DNA of 64,000 nt from Phoronis australis (lineage: Eukaryota; Animalia; Phoronida), in the NCBI GenBank assembly GCA_002633005.1, contig NMRA01000331.1, positions 196,542 to 260,541 on the forward strand, written 5' to 3'. Made by a program: the position numbers and the translations under genes. The notes beneath the pieces were generated by a model, which ran no database searches, was not told the DNA's origin, and saw only the letters and a list, made by a program, of their open reading frames with translations. This document shows positions 1-14,172 of the stretch, in pieces. Within the stretch, counting starts at the first letter, position 1, and each line of letters begins with the position of its first letter.

Positions 1-1805
1 GTGTAATTTGATTTGCTCATAAGCTAATATCTTTTTGGGTTATATAAATATCATTAAGTGAATCAATATACTTATTGCTATCAATATTAATCTCAGAGGG
101 TTATGAACGTTGTCAAGGATGGTACGTGATGAAGATTTTAACAAGTCTCGAGAAGTCGGCAAAAATATCGGTCAAGAGTGAAGAGAATTAAAATTTTCCA
201 AGTAATAGCACGCTAGGCCCATGTGACAGCTGAGTTAGGAGTTTTGAGATTAATACAAATTTCTATTTGCATTTTAAAGTAAAATTAGCACTTGAATGAA
301 TATTTGGCAGTTTATTGACAGTTAACTTCTTCAGAGTTAAGTATTGATGTGCATACTTTTGTTAGGACGACTCCAGTATAAAAGTAGTCTACATTTGTAG
401 TGTATTTTATTCCAATATGTCTACATTTGTAATGTATTTTATTCCAATATGTCTACACATTGCAGTAATAACAGCCATAGCAACCGTAGAAGCAATTTGC
501 AGTTGTTCAAGCTGATGTACCGTGTGACCATAGAAAGCATATTGTTCAAATGAAAGCACTTACGAGGCAGAACCATCTATGTGACATGCGACGCTCTCTG
601 AAATTTCACACTATTCACATATAATCAGGAATACTTCAACTCATGACTGAGACAGCAAAATTAAAGTCACTAGATAAATACGTTTACAAATATTTATACT
701 GAAAAGTTTGATTTTACTTTGGAAAATGGTTAATCGAAATTGAAAATTGTTATGAAGAGATATCTCTATACAAGCAGCCAATGTCACAATGGAAATAAAT
801 GTGATCTATACATGGACCATGTCATATTTTGGGCTATTCAGTCATTTGTACGAAAAAATGAACAGTAAAATGGTTTTTGTAGTATTATGTCGATGATGTG
901 GCTAGAAAACGACATGAGCTCTATTTGTCTTTGAAAATCTGATCCCTGAATTTACTGAAAACATGCATGAAGAACAATATATATGAATAGCAACAAGCAG
1001 TCAAGCATTTGGTTCGTGGGCTGAATTCGTTACATTCAGCAATTCCGACCAAAATGAACATTAAGGTAAGCGGACGTGAAGATGTTCTTCACGTGGCGTC
1101 ACGTTTAACGGAACACAGTCAGTTTTAAGGCCCGAAAGAAACGCGCTTCGGGAGTTATTTTTTGGTTGTGCCTGACATCTTGAAGTCATTAGCTCTGACC
1201 AAAGCTATCAAACAGCAATATGTTGTGTTTTTGTGATTCTATTGCAAATCACCGAAACCCAATTTTAACTGAAATAGAGGCGGCGGCTTTGCCAGCTGTT
1301 TCGTTACTAGGTGCCGTGAAAATGGCCGACGCAGGTATGTTGTAGTGCTCACCAAAGCCGACTTGAACAAAACCAAAGAGCTAATTTTTTAAGTCTTTGT
1401 CAGAGAAAGAGGCTCAGAGCCGAACATTATCGAGAGTAACCTCTCTAGAATAAGCATTATGGGATGGAATCGAATGCTGGACTGCCGTGCGAGGTGATTT
1501 GAACATTTCCTGGCACGCCTAGTTTTGGCCGACAGCTAAGTAAATTAACTTTCATCTTCTGTCCTCCAGAAATAGCTAACTTCTAATTATTTTGAACCTA
1601 AACCTAAATTGTTTTTGAAAAGCTTGTTATTCCCAGTGTTCTATTAATTAGCCGAATGAAATTTCGAGTCGAGTCTCAAAACTTTACGAAAATGGTCTCG
1701 GCCAGTCGGAGTCATAATTATACAAAACTCGATTTATTATATCGCCGAAGCTGCTAAAATAATTGTAACAGCTAACCTGGAGTATTACGTATAAGGCAAA
1801 GTGAG

Positions 1806-1883
1806 CTTGAGAGTACGGCGGCACTTGAGAGTACGGCGGCACTTGAGAGTACGGCGGCACTTGAGAGTACGGCGGCACTTGAG
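1806..1883. repeat. 18-bp minisatellite, ~4.3 copies
   Basis: Unit CTTGAGAGTACGGCGGCA. Confidence 0.95.
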
Positions 1884-3159
1884 TGTCACATTGTGCAACA
1901 ATCGCAAGTTGAGGGATATTGCCTCACAGATTTTGGAGAAAACAAAAGTAAAAACGCATTCACTTAATTAATCGGAAGTAATTTTTTGTTCAAGTGTTGT
2001 CTGATATAAATTCGTACAATTTTGTTCAACACTGTAGCCGATTATGTCACTTCAAGTCACTCGTAATGTTTCACTCTTAAAAAAACAGCGTTATGTTTGC
2101 AATCACGCGCCATCTTAGCTACGACCAGACGTACGATCTTAAATAATTCAGGCCCCCTTGCTTATTGCAAATTCACAATTGACTACCTTGATACGGCTTG
2201 ATTATCTCTAGCGCATTGCTATTTAAAACACTGATGAGAACAAAGGAACTACGACCCGCATTCAATCTCAACACGTTTGTTTTTCAAAAACACCTGTCAC
2301 ACGCGTAAAACACCTTTAACAAAAATAACCATGTTATTTATAACTTAAACGTACATGCAAGTCATAAAGTTCATCGAAAATTGATTATTAGGTATACAAC
2401 GAGAAGAAAGTAATCCAATTAAAATGCCATTTTGATAACAACAAATAGTTACCTTCAAATGGCGAAACGTTAAATCAACAGTGAGTATGTTTTCCATTGC
2501 ATTAGTAGTCTTTCATCGCTTATTTTCGACGAAAGTTTTTTTTTCTTTTTCAAATGTCGTGCCATCAACGTGTTTAAGCGCTTTTGAAAGGTGCTGGCGG
2601 TTATTTTTCAAACGAAAGTAACAGTTTTTGAAATGTAATCTGCGAAGAGCATACGCTAACAAGATCACAGTCCATTCATGATTATTCAGACGAGTGCATA
2701 AAAATACTCTGGAATACGAACACCAGGAAACGGTATTCTTGTAAATTAACGGTGAATTCCAACTTGTCTAGAAATCATAGAAGATTTTGTTGAAGAGTCA
2801 TCGATAGCAGCGTTGGAGCTGCACAACTCATTGTGTGTCGTGTTAAAACTAAAATTGTTTATTAATTACAACTAGACTACAATCTACCTACCATCAGCGC
2901 ATTGCAAAACAACGTTTGGGCTTGATCACATTTGTTGTTGGCCAAAATATGAGTACGAACTTTAAAATCAGCGCGTAAGTAAACAAGGACGTGTCCGTTT
3001 ATTGTCACTAAATCATTCTCAAAAGAAATGTTCACAATATTCTACTCAGGTAAAACAAGTGAAGAACAGTCTGCACAGGTACCCTTCAAAATGCATTGTG
3101 AGGGGAGAGACCAAAAATCAAAACAGTTGGAGCTCAAATGAGCCAATGCTTTTATCCAG

Positions 3160-3309
3160 ATAGCGCTCAGCGTGATTCAAGGATCACTGTAAAGACACAC
3201 GAAGTGCTATTCGTAATCATACTGTACATTAATCTGGTGTTCAGAGCGTGGACAAGGATAATACCACCTTCAGACTCCTCATATAGAGATGAATCACGCT
3301 GAGCGTTAT
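3160..3309. mobile_element. 150-bp MITE-like inverted repeat
   Basis: ATAGCGCTCAGCGTGATTCA ... TGAATCACGCTGAGCGTTAT (19/20 complementary). Confidence 0.55.
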
Positions 3310-4099
3310 TTAAATAGAAACATTGGTTCTGTTTGAGGACCTGCAACTCGCCAATGCGACTTCAGATTGTGTTTGACGACTTGCTAAAAATTCCAAGAGG
3401 CCATGAAGTTGCCAGATTTTTGCGAGTTGCAACCAAATCATGAAAGGTGAAACAAATATCAATTCACCCGTAAGTTTCCCGCTGGTACCCCGACGTAGGG
3501 CCAAGGACGGGCCTGAAAGTTAGGTCCCCAAACACAAACAGGTCCCCAATAGGTAACTATTGTATTTCCTACACTATGTAACAGCGCCACCTACGAACAT
3601 TCATTCTATCAGAAACAAAGTGATTTCAGTGTTCCCATGGGGGTGTTTGGGAGGGTCTGGCTGAGAGGGGCGAGGAAGGCACTTAGGAGAGACAGCTGCA
3701 AAGGGGTGGGCGGCTCTGGACGTTTCGTCATTGTAACTTATGGTTCAGATTAGGGCAAAGGAAATACCATTCTTTATCCGAGGTTTAGGCCAACTGCGTG
3801 TTTTGGTTACTGCCAATACAAGTTATATTTGAATCTACTCTCACGTTGCATAATCATACATGGGGAGAGAAAATTAGTTCTGGGTGTGTTGCCCTGAATC
3901 CTTGCCATTAATCAGTTCACTCTGAACACAGAAGTTAACTTCCGATATCAGCCAACGTGTTGACTTAATTAAGAGAAATCAAGAGAAGGTTGCAAATATC
4001 CGGTGTGTAATTTCGCAAAAAAAAATTCGAAAACAATTAAAGTTTCAAAGTCGAGTTTGATGCCAACTCAGAAACAGATGGCAAATTTGCATTCAAACA

Positions 4100-4302
4100 A
4101 CGAGCTCTTCCTTATGCACGCTGACAATCATCCAACCTCACGAGCTCTTCCTTATGCACGCTGGCAATCATCCAACCTCACGAGCTCTTCCTTATGCACG
4201 CTGATAATCATCCAACCTCACGAGCTCTTCCTTATGCACGCTGACAATCATCCAACCTCACGAGCTCTTCCTTATGCACGATGACAATCATCCAACCTCA
4301 CG
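4100..4302. repeat. 40-bp minisatellite, 5 copies
   Basis: Unit CGAGCTCTTCCTTATGCACGCTGACAATCATCCAACCTCA. Confidence 0.95.
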
Positions 4303-4986
4303 GTGGGCACGAGGGTTCTCGTTAACGGCGTCCTTTTCTTATGAGCTCAATGACAATTCATTTGGTGCTTACTCCGTTCTCGTGAACCACTTTGAACATA
4401 TCGTAATAGCCATAAACGAACTTTTTCCTAACCTAGCGCAGCGTTACATTTCCATTACATGAGTGTTCTTTCTTATGAATGAAGACATCATACAGCACAG
4501 AGGCTGCTCTGATATCTCCAGTTTGTGTTATTAATGACAAAGATTCACAGACAAAATGTACTTGTTCATCTCAAATTGTTATGTTTCAAAGGACTTGTTT
4601 TGCTCGTCCTCTTTCACCATTTTGTAGTCTCGATTGTAATTTAGTACGTCGGAGAAACCCAATAACAACCTCCAACTCACGTTATGCGTTTAAAAAGATT
4701 CAATTTAGAATTTTCAAGAATAATCGTAAAAACTATGTCTTTCTAATCGTTATGGTGTGCCTATTTTGGTTTCGTTCACGAATAACGCGCCTTTTAACCA
4801 TGGCGTAAGCCAATGGGAAATCACTGAATTCTACAAAATAACACTTGTTCGAGAGTAAAATACGCCATTTGTGAGAAATGGAATGAGGTTAATAAGAAAA
4901 GGGTTGAGAACTGATTATGGTTGTAAGAAGAAGTTTGTATTAATGTGAAAAGGTCACGGTTAATGAAAACGCCCGTGCGGACCGTG
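4299..4986. mobile_element. TIR element with CAC...GTG ends (Chapaev/Transib/CACTA-type termini)
   Basis: CACGGTGGGCACGAGGGTTCTCGTTAAC versus reverse complement of right end CACGGTCCGCACGGGCGTTTTCATTAAC; no clear TSD. Confidence 0.6.
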
Positions 4987-5682
4987 AAGGAGGTAGATTG
5001 GATACCCTGTTAACGTCAAGCGATAAGCGATATATTGATGTGCAATTCACAATGCTCTAACATTTTTTGCAAAAATGCCACTTTTGTACATGTTGCCAAT
5101 GCTCAATTACAGACAAGTTATGCATCCAACATATTTAGGGTTTGTGTTGTCAGTATCCAGTACATGTGACCAAGAAAGGAAATTTACAGCGACCTCCATT
5201 GGAAAATGCGTCATATTTAGGAAATGGCGCCTTTAACTGGCTGCAGTGTTTATTTGTAAAGTTCAATGGGAATTTTGATAAGCTTAAACGGACATTAATA
5301 TTCTAAGGACAAAAAATTGGGGATTATTGGCAAATGGTATAGTCTACATGAAGTTATAAGCTTTGACAAGAGCTGTAAAACAACATCCGTTGTATATAAT
5401 TGTTTTGTGTTGTGTCCGCTATGTTTCAGAGATTTTCATACAAATCTCTAATTCTAGTTGTTCTCTTCCAGGCATTCGCTTACACCAAGACCGCTATACT
5501 CTGCTATTTAAACTGGTAGAGCCTTCGGCTGCTTTTGCGGAGTCAGTGGGTCCGGTTCTACGCAACTTCTGCCTATCTCATCAAGAATGTCCCTTTAGTT
5601 GTTTTTTCCATCCACTAAAACACGGAATACGAGCTAGGAGAGAATAACTGTCACGACTGTTTCTTTTTTGTTTTTTAAGCTT

Positions 5683-6411
5683 ATAAATACGAAACGTACC
5701 GAGAGTGGCGTACATGAAGTAATATCCCACGACACATTATATTCCGCGTATCGACTGAGACCGAAGGTCGAGGTCGATACGCGGAATGTCTCGTGGGATA
5801 TTACTTCATGTACGCCACTCGAGGTACGTTTCGTATTTATCCCACGCGCTTCGAATCCTTCAGTTTCTTACATTTTTTTCGGCAGGTTTTTCAAATACTT
5901 CACCAAGACTGTTCACATGGCGGATCTCATCCTATATGTATGTACTTGAGCGTTAGGTTGCAAGTTTTCTCTTGTAAAAGAAACAGTTTTAAAAGTAACG
6001 ATTTATTTCTTGAAAAGAGGTCGCAAAGATGAAAACAACGGCAACTGAGCAGTGAACTTGTAATATCTCCTGGAAATAGTTAAAAAACAACAATATTTAA
6101 TGTTTTAATTTCCTAGGAATCGGCGCCTGAGTTGCAGACGTGTCTTATAAATAACAGTTTTGTTCCAGATTTTACGTTTAGGGCCTGGTTGCATGTCGAG
6201 TGTTAGTTACACTGCTGCAACTGTATTACTTTAAACTATATTATTCGCAAAGTTTGATGATTGAACTGGCTAAAGACGTCGAGTCGACATTGACCTACCT
6301 TTTGAACTTTCCCTGTCAGAGGTCCCTGTTGAAGTAAAGCGGGAGGTGAATACGGAAAACTTTATTACATGGCCGTATTTCCCTCGACAGATTCAACGCG
6401 CATGGGATAAA
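5683..6411. mobile_element. Foldback element with long terminal palindrome (Crypton-like architecture)
   Basis: Near-perfect palindrome 5683-5840 centred on GACC-GAA-GGTC; second inverted pair TTTATCCCACGCGCTTCGAATC (from about 5836) / GATTCAACGCGCATGGGATAAA (to 6411). Confidence 0.6.
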
Positions 6412-8971
6412 AATTATTATCAATAAAGGCATTATTTTTCAATATTCAATTCAGCATGTGGATGGAAACATTGTGTAAGCAGACTGACTTTTATGTAGAG
6501 CTTATAATAATAATTCTGGCTGCATTTCACAATAAAATTTGATATACCGAATCTTAAGATATACAACAGAATACATATGAACTTAGTGATTAATTATTAA
6601 AATGTGTTTTTATGTGTATTTTGTCAGGTAAACAGGAACACCGTAGTCTGTTAAAACACATTAGTTGTGCGAATCATATTTTTTATTCATAGTAGAAATA
6701 CTTTGTTCAAACATTCAATACGTTGTACTTATTAGGGCCATCAGAAGCGTGAGACAAGGAAGTGGACCAAAAACTTGACGTCGAAGACTCAAATAGTTCA
6801 GGCAACAAGGTAGAATCGGCTGCGCCATTAGACGTAGGTGACAAAGGTTTCAAATATGCAACCATTTTCAACCTGCTTCCTAACTTTTTGATGTTTTTGC
6901 AGTGTTCAACTTTATTCAAAGGTCAAATTTACTACCATGCTACTACAGTATTGAAATAGAGTAAGCCATACATACTTGTGTGTAGAATGACTACGGACAT
7001 TGACTGCCCTCGGAAAATCAAACTTGACACGTAAATTCTTATAGTTATTCTCCTTTTTGGTCAAATTAACACAAACAATAACAATCGGCTTAGTGAAGGA
7101 TATCATATTTACAATAGTACTAATTTATACAAGGTCTAGAAGTGTCGTTACGTTGCTTACAACATCAGAGAAAACCACGCACCTAGAAGATGCACACTGC
7201 AGAACGATCAAACATTACAAAGACAGTTACCAAACTATTACGGATAGAAAAAGCATCTTGTAAAAACAAAGGCAAGAACCTGTGTGGTTTGAGAAGAAGT
7301 ATTCGAGCAAGTAATGCTTTCAGCACGCACCGGAAAGAGGCGAGTTGCGCGAGGTACCATAAAAACGACTGACAGAATATTGCACAATGTAAATGAAACG
7401 TGTAGCCTTTGCTAATAAATTAATATATGAAACTGAAAGAAGCACGCGGTATTTCGACTGACAAGCAGACGGATTAACCTAAGTTTTTTCCAGATTGCGT
7501 AGAAATTGTAGTGGCTTTAGTTTGACAAACACCTTAGTCCAAACGGAATACTGATACTACTTTAATGGAAATCATATCTAATCAGCTCAGTTGTAGACAA
7601 ATGAGACCAACCTCTTTTAGCTAATGAGTTGTGAACCGATATGCCGCAAATGTGACGCTAAATAAGATATTTTCTAAATTTGCATTTGATTCTTCAAAAA
7701 TGTCGATGTTCGTCTTTGACTTGATGCTTTACAATCAATTTAATTGGTATGATTCTTTTCAGGCATGTAAAGCGCGGTAGTTCATATTGGAATTCAGCTG
7801 AAGTCAAAATACGCACAAACGGCACTTTCGATGTTTTTGTTGAGAACTTATGGCAGCTCCATCATCAATCCAGTTAGATACAGTATGTTGCTTATGAAAT
7901 TTGAATAAATGACTCTGTTTATGTAGAAGTAGTCGAAAAAGCTCTGAAGACTCTCCAGTCAGACCACGTCTGCGAGAACCTACCCAAGTTGATACATGCG
8001 ACAGTTTCTGCAACTTTATATTTGAGCAGCGATCCATTGGAGAAAGATGACATTTTACATAACTTTGTCTCTTTTATCGTTGATCTGGAAAGCATTGGAT
8101 CATTGCCCATTCAGCACATCCAGACCCTGGACCAACGAAAAGGTATTCCCTGTGCGACAGGGTTCACGAAAGTTAAATAAAGCTCCCACACTGGAAGAAT
8201 AGGGCCCCCTGTATTACACGACGATTGAACTCTCCTTTGTCCTGTGGATTAGAAAGCGCGTGACCTAGTTTTGGAAATCAAGGACATTTCCGTGTCGCTC
8301 ATTGATATCGGGAAGGTGAAGAATTTCAAATCACTTATCCACGGGTGCTTGTCCAAATTTTTTCGTGTCTCCAGCAAACAGTAATACTTCGTTGGCATTG
8401 GAATTACGAGTACATGAATGCAACCGAGAAAAGCTTGTAGAGAATCAGACAACAACGAATTAGATGTGAAACTCCAGTGGCACAAAACTGAGGCAGAAAA
8501 TGTGCCTGGCGAATGTTTACGGCATTGTGGGTAAATACAACGAGATTCGAGTGTCGCGGTGTGATACGGGACGGCCCTATTAGCGTTAAGCTGTGGAAGG
8601 TCGAGGTTGTGTTCCACTAGGTTATTTAATAAACGTGTAAGGGCTACGTTTATCTTGCGCTCTTCTCAAAAGCCACAGAATTCGCTCCGACAGGTGTCAT
8701 TGCAATCGTCTTCGTTCCGTTAAGTGCAGTCTTGTATTCGGTAACCGACCGTTTGTTAGTTGCGAACGTTTTTGGTTGTGGCTCTGGAGACTCTACCGGG
8801 TGTTTCGCGTTGTGCGGCTAAGCGTCATGAAACTGATAGCCTATCTACGCGCAGTCGTTAACGATTGTATTCGCTACGCCGTTTACACCATGGCAAGCCC
8901 CGACCTTTGTGGGGGTTTTGTTAAAGTTGGCTTCGATCACTTCCGTTGATCCCTACACTGTTTTTAATTTT

Positions 8972-11680
8972 TGCCAGCTATCTTCAAGTTTGTCAGCAAC
9001 GGCAAAACTTGTTCAGATTCTGAAGAGGGACAAGACTGCTCAGTTGGAGACTGTCCAACGAAAAGACGGTTCATACACCAGTTCACCTAGTGAAATTGTC
9101 AGGGCCATGGTGGATAAACACTATACCGGCAGTGTCATTACTGGTCATGGAACAAGAGAAGTAGTACTATACGGGCAACAACGGGAAATCCATGTGGACT
9201 TTCTTGATGAGACGGTTACCACTCATCTTGTTAAACTGGCCCTCATGTCTTTCAAATCATGGAAGGCCTCCGGGCAAGACATGGTATTTCCTAAGATCCT
9301 ATAGGAAGCAGGAACCAAGGTTTTTCAAATCCTGTCTAATCTTCACAAGGCCAGTCTTAGACTAGGCTACGTCCAAGAAACCTGGACTAAGGCGAGGGTT
9401 GTTTTTATTCCTAAACATGGCAAGGATTCTTACTTCAAAACTGACACCTTCAGACCTATAATTCTAACTTCATTCTTCTTGAAAGGTCTTAAGAAATTGG
9501 TTCTGTGGTAGTTAGAAAGGCAAGATGTTATGAGCAGACTTCTGAGAAATCAGTACGCGTACAGAGCTAGCTTTTCTACAGAGACTGCTCTTCATCACCT
9601 TGTCAGACAGCTTGAAGATGCTGTATACAACAAAATTTTTGCTCTTATTACTTTCATTGACATTGTTGGTGCCTTCAGCTACATTAAACCTGACGCTATC
9701 TATAATACACTTGTTCAATTTAGGATTGACAAGGGGCTTATAAGGCGGATCATGTACATGCTGAACAGTCAGACTGTAACAGCTAAGCTTGAGGGAGCTA
9801 GTGGAGGTACTCCACAAGGCGGTACCGCTTCACCTGCTCTCTTCAATATGGTCATGGACTGCCCGTTAAGGCAGCTGTTGGCTAACAATGGATAAGGTAT
9901 AGTTGTACAGGCCTATGCTGATGACATTTTCTTCTGTGTGTCAGGTGTTGATGCTTGCACATGCCGCAGCATTTTCCAGAAGGCACTTAATATTGCTATC
10001 CGATGGAACGAGGCTCTTGGCTTGGAGATCAATAGCAGTAAAACAAAAGTGATGATGTGCACCTGGAAGCGGAAGTGGAATGTAAAACCCTTAAAGCTCT
10101 ATGGTTCTAAGCTCCTACTCCAATAAAAAGTCACATACCTAGGTGTTACTCTCCACCATCGCCTTTCTTGGACACCTCACGTGACGGACAAGATAACCAA
10201 GGCCAAGTCGGACTTGGTAAGGTGTAACTGAGTGGGGTCTCTCCCCCAAGAATTATCTTTGGATCTGCATTGGTGTTATCAGACCGATGTTAGCTTAGGC
10301 GGCATCAACATGGATAACAACTCTTGAACAGAGGACTGTTAGAACTAAACTGACACAAATACAGCGTTTAGCTTGCTTGTGTGTTACTTCTACTTTTCCG
10401 GGGACACCTAAAGCTGCAATGAAAGTGCTTATTGGCTTGCCACCCTTTCATATTTACCTCAGCGGTGACGCTGTGCTTGCAGCTTACCGTATGAGGTGCA
10501 ATGGCAGTGGAGTAATGTGCGAATCAATGATACTGTTGCTCACAAGAGCCATATTAATGCATGCAGAACAGATTAATGTCAGAACCTGGAACACTTTTGA
10601 CAGTGCCAAGTGATGTTTTAGTGACGATCCTAAATCACAGACACAATTTCTATACAGAAATTGGAGATGATCACGAAATTATTGATTACAATGACCAACA
10701 GTTCATCTGTTACACTGATGGCTCTAAACCTGACAACGGATAGTCAAGGTCAGGAATCTACGTTCCAGACCTTTCAGGCGGCGATAAAGAAAGCTGGATC
10801 TCACTGGGTAACACCGTTACAGTCTTTCAGGCTCAAATTGTCGCCATTCACCAGGCTGCCCAACTGGCAAGAGAGCATGAAGCAGTACTTGGAAACAAGG
10901 AGCTTTTCATACTCTCAGACAGCCAAGCAGCCATTAAAGCTAACTAAGCCCAAGATCAACTGTCGTTGTTTCCAGGCCTGTGTTAACCACCTATCAGCTT
11001 GTAGGACTGTGCATGTAAACTGGGTTAAAGCCCATGTTGGCATTGACGGTAACGAAGCTGCTGACAATCTTGCAAAAGAAGGAGCAAGTGCACCCTGTTT
11101 TGTAGCAGAGCCTTGCATACCAGTTGCCTATAGGTGCTGCAGAGCAAAGGTAAGACACTGGGTGCGCAAACTGTCAGTGGATGCATGGAGAAAGATCTCC
11201 GCCTGCAAACAAACTAAATAACTTTTTCCAAGTCCTATTGAACTAAAAAATTCAAAGAAACTGTTATGTTTAGATAGCTTTGCTATAAGGCAGCTGATCC
11301 AGGTTATTACTGGACACTGCAACTTAGCTCGGTACCGCAATATCACAGGCCGCATGGCATGTTCATTTTGTCCCAGCTGTGGCTTGGAGGCCGAGACTCC
11401 TCAACATCTGGTACAGATTTCCCCTGCCTACAGTAAACACCGTAATCTACTACTTGATGGACACATAACCCGCCTGGTTAACATTGTTAGTTTATACAGG
11501 TTTAATGGTCTCTCTGTCTTTCTGAAACAAATAAGCGGATTGGAAGATTTTATCCATCAGGAATCCGATGATGTCGTGTCCCTATGAGTCATAATCAGGT
11601 GATAAGTGTAATGGGCCCGGCCTTGTGGCCTAAACACGTCTGATGCACCGCAAAAGGCATCAGGCCAACTGCACTCTTTT
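8972..11680 (+). mobile_element. 5'-truncated, inactivated LINE with RT, RNase H and C-terminal Cys/His motif (LOA/R1-like)
   Basis: ARVVFIPKHGK, FRPIILTSFFLK, NQYAYRASFSTETALHHLV, FIDIVGAFS, GTPQGGTASPALF, QAYADD, YLGV; RNase H YTDGSK, SDSQAAI, WVKAHVGIDGNEAADNLAKEG; TGHC...CPSCGLEAETPQH. Several stops and frameshifts; ends approximate. Confidence 0.9.
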
Positions 11681-13931
11681 TTATACTCTTTCACAGCGTT
11701 GTGTCAGAGGGTAGTTGATCTCTTGCATCACGGGCGGCTGCTCCCGGGCACCAGCAGAAGGTGGCGGCCGAGAGGGCCCCAGATGGGCACCCAGGGGCAC
11801 CAAACAGATATCGAAAGGGAGGGCGTCAGGTAACTGTCGACTGAGGGGGACAAACAGGTGTCGAACATGGGGGGACGCCAGGAAACTATTAATCGGGGAA
11901 GGGGGAGGGCAGGTCACACATCTACCGACCGGTGGTGCACCGGAGGAGCCTTTTTCGACCGAGCGGACGGGGGGCGCACTTTAGAATCCCTTACGTCACT
12001 TCTGAATTGCACAATCTCGACTGTTCAGATCACGGGTTAGCGCTAATATTAAATAAAACACTAATTTTGGTGGCGCCGTTGGTTAAGACTACCTTTTCGG
12101 GTTACCTATGCTCCTGCAGGAATGTCTTCAACAGTATGCCGGTGACATTTTGATCTATGGCGCTGGCTTTAGCGGCAGAAGCTTTAATTATTATGGCAAG
12201 GCTAAATACCTATCGAGGTTTGCTCTACGCTTGAGCTTAGGAAGAAAAGACAGATCTCCCGAATGGTTAATCCGACAGTAAACAAGTATAGAATGACCTA
12301 AGAAATTGCCTAATTGAGGTAATCACTCTGTGAAATTTTCACTGGTAACACTGTATGCGATGTCTCCAGTGCTGAACTTGGTGTAGTTCTTATTCAAAAC
12401 GACCTGCCTCTTGGACATGTATCGAAAGATTGCCGTCCACAGATCGTAACCTATGTTTCAACTCGAAATTGCGCCGCGAATCTTTCAATATATTGAGATG
12501 GTAAAAGTGAATGATGTTTCAACGAAAGCGTTAGCCAATTTCTTTACTTGTATTAACTACAGATTGTAGTACAAATTACACATTCTAAGAGTTTGAGAGA
12601 TTTACCCTGGTTCATGGAATCTGCCACGTGAAATTGTCGCCTCTTTCTGATAAATCAATGGACCAGCGGAAGCATTCGCGAAGACTGCTTTGGATATAGC
12701 AAAAAGGGAAAGACTATGTTTAGCCTTTTTGGAGCAGTGCAACCGAGTTTTTAAGGGCGTGGAGTGGTCTTGCACTATGACTGGTGTTACTTAAAACTCG
12801 CACAGCTTGTCTCTACTGAAGACAGCCTATGATGACGATTCTAAACAACCGATTCCGAACAAAAGATCAAGTTGCTAACAGATCACTCATGATAGCTATC
12901 ATCAACTATGTCCTGAGTTATAGATGCCACTGCAGTCTCCAACGGACTTGCATACATGTATACATGTACTCGTAACCGAATTCACGCTAGTGAAACTAGA
13001 GAGGGGACATCTTAGCTTCACACAGATTCACACCTGACAAGTTGTCTCATTGCAAATTGCTGTCACTGAAACATCTTCACGAGATGTGCTAGGAGTCTCA
13101 CTGTCATGACCATCCTTCAGACGGACAGATCATGAGAACTGATGGAACCTTTGTGGTCAACAAAATTAAAGAAAAAACTAATACTCTTGATGAATATCTT
13201 CACTGCCCTTGTACACAGTAACTACAAATTAGTCAATCGTTTTACATTGTTCCCACGGCATCATCCGTGAACATAACCGCAACGAAACACACTAACTGTG
13301 CTTATGTAACGTACATGCACAGAAACGACGCAGTCAAGGCAATCTGTGTTGGTGTAATATTTTTTGTTACAGTAACACATTTAGCATCGACTTGCATGTA
13401 TGAATTGTTTAAAGTGAACATTGCGTTCTCGGTGAAGCACATTTACAAAGCAATCAATCATCTATTGAAGGGACACAATGGCTGAAAACTCGCTTTGGGG
13501 ATTTTTGGTGGATGGGATAGATTTCTTGGAGTTATTAGCTTTGACCAGAGATTTAAAGCAAAAATCACCAATTCTTGGCGTTGCCTGCCAGATATTCGTT
13601 GAAATCAAGTCTGAGAAAGAACCTGTTGTATCCTGTCACATCCGGAGCATGGTACTAGCCAAATTCGCCTCTTGCCCGTCGCATCAAAATGCCAAAACAG
13701 TTTCTCAGGTCAGAGATCGAGTTTGGTGTGACAGAGTCCTTAGATGCTTAGTGTAACTACTGCAAAGTGAGTGACTCTTACATCTGTGATTCCTGTTTTA
13801 ATTTCTGTTTCAATATAATCAATAGCGGAGCTGCATCGCCGCCATATTGGAAATGGGTCAGAATGTTGCATTGTGGTTAAGCCGGTAAACAAGTACATAC
13901 TTAGGCAAGCGTGGAGGCGAAACCGGCCACA

Positions 13932-14172
13932 GGGAGGTTATACGTGTTGTGTGCCTGGCTGCTATAATACCAGTTAGCGAGATAAAGAATTTAGTTACTA
14001 CCTGTTTCCCAAGGATCAAGAACTGCGTTAAACGTTGGTCAGACACATCGGTAGAGTTTGTAGCAAAGGCCGACTTTGTGAATTCATTCCGCTTCGTAGC
14101 ATAAAGTATGCAGCGCTCATTTTGAGGCGGCAAGAAAACGTATCTTGGAAACTGCCCAACAATATTTCCCTT
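13932..14172 (+). pseudogene. THAP zinc-finger relic within a Kolobok-like element starting near 13469
   Basis: [39 protein letters not shown] then, after frameshifts, HKVCSAHFE-GKKTYLGNCPTIFP: full C2CH THAP pattern with stops. Confidence 0.75.

Noticed and set aside
564-597. 34-nt minus-strand micro-exon candidate (tttcag|...|gtaagt) as receptor exon 2
   Set aside because: Translation shows no NPR similarity and the polypyrimidine tract is weak.
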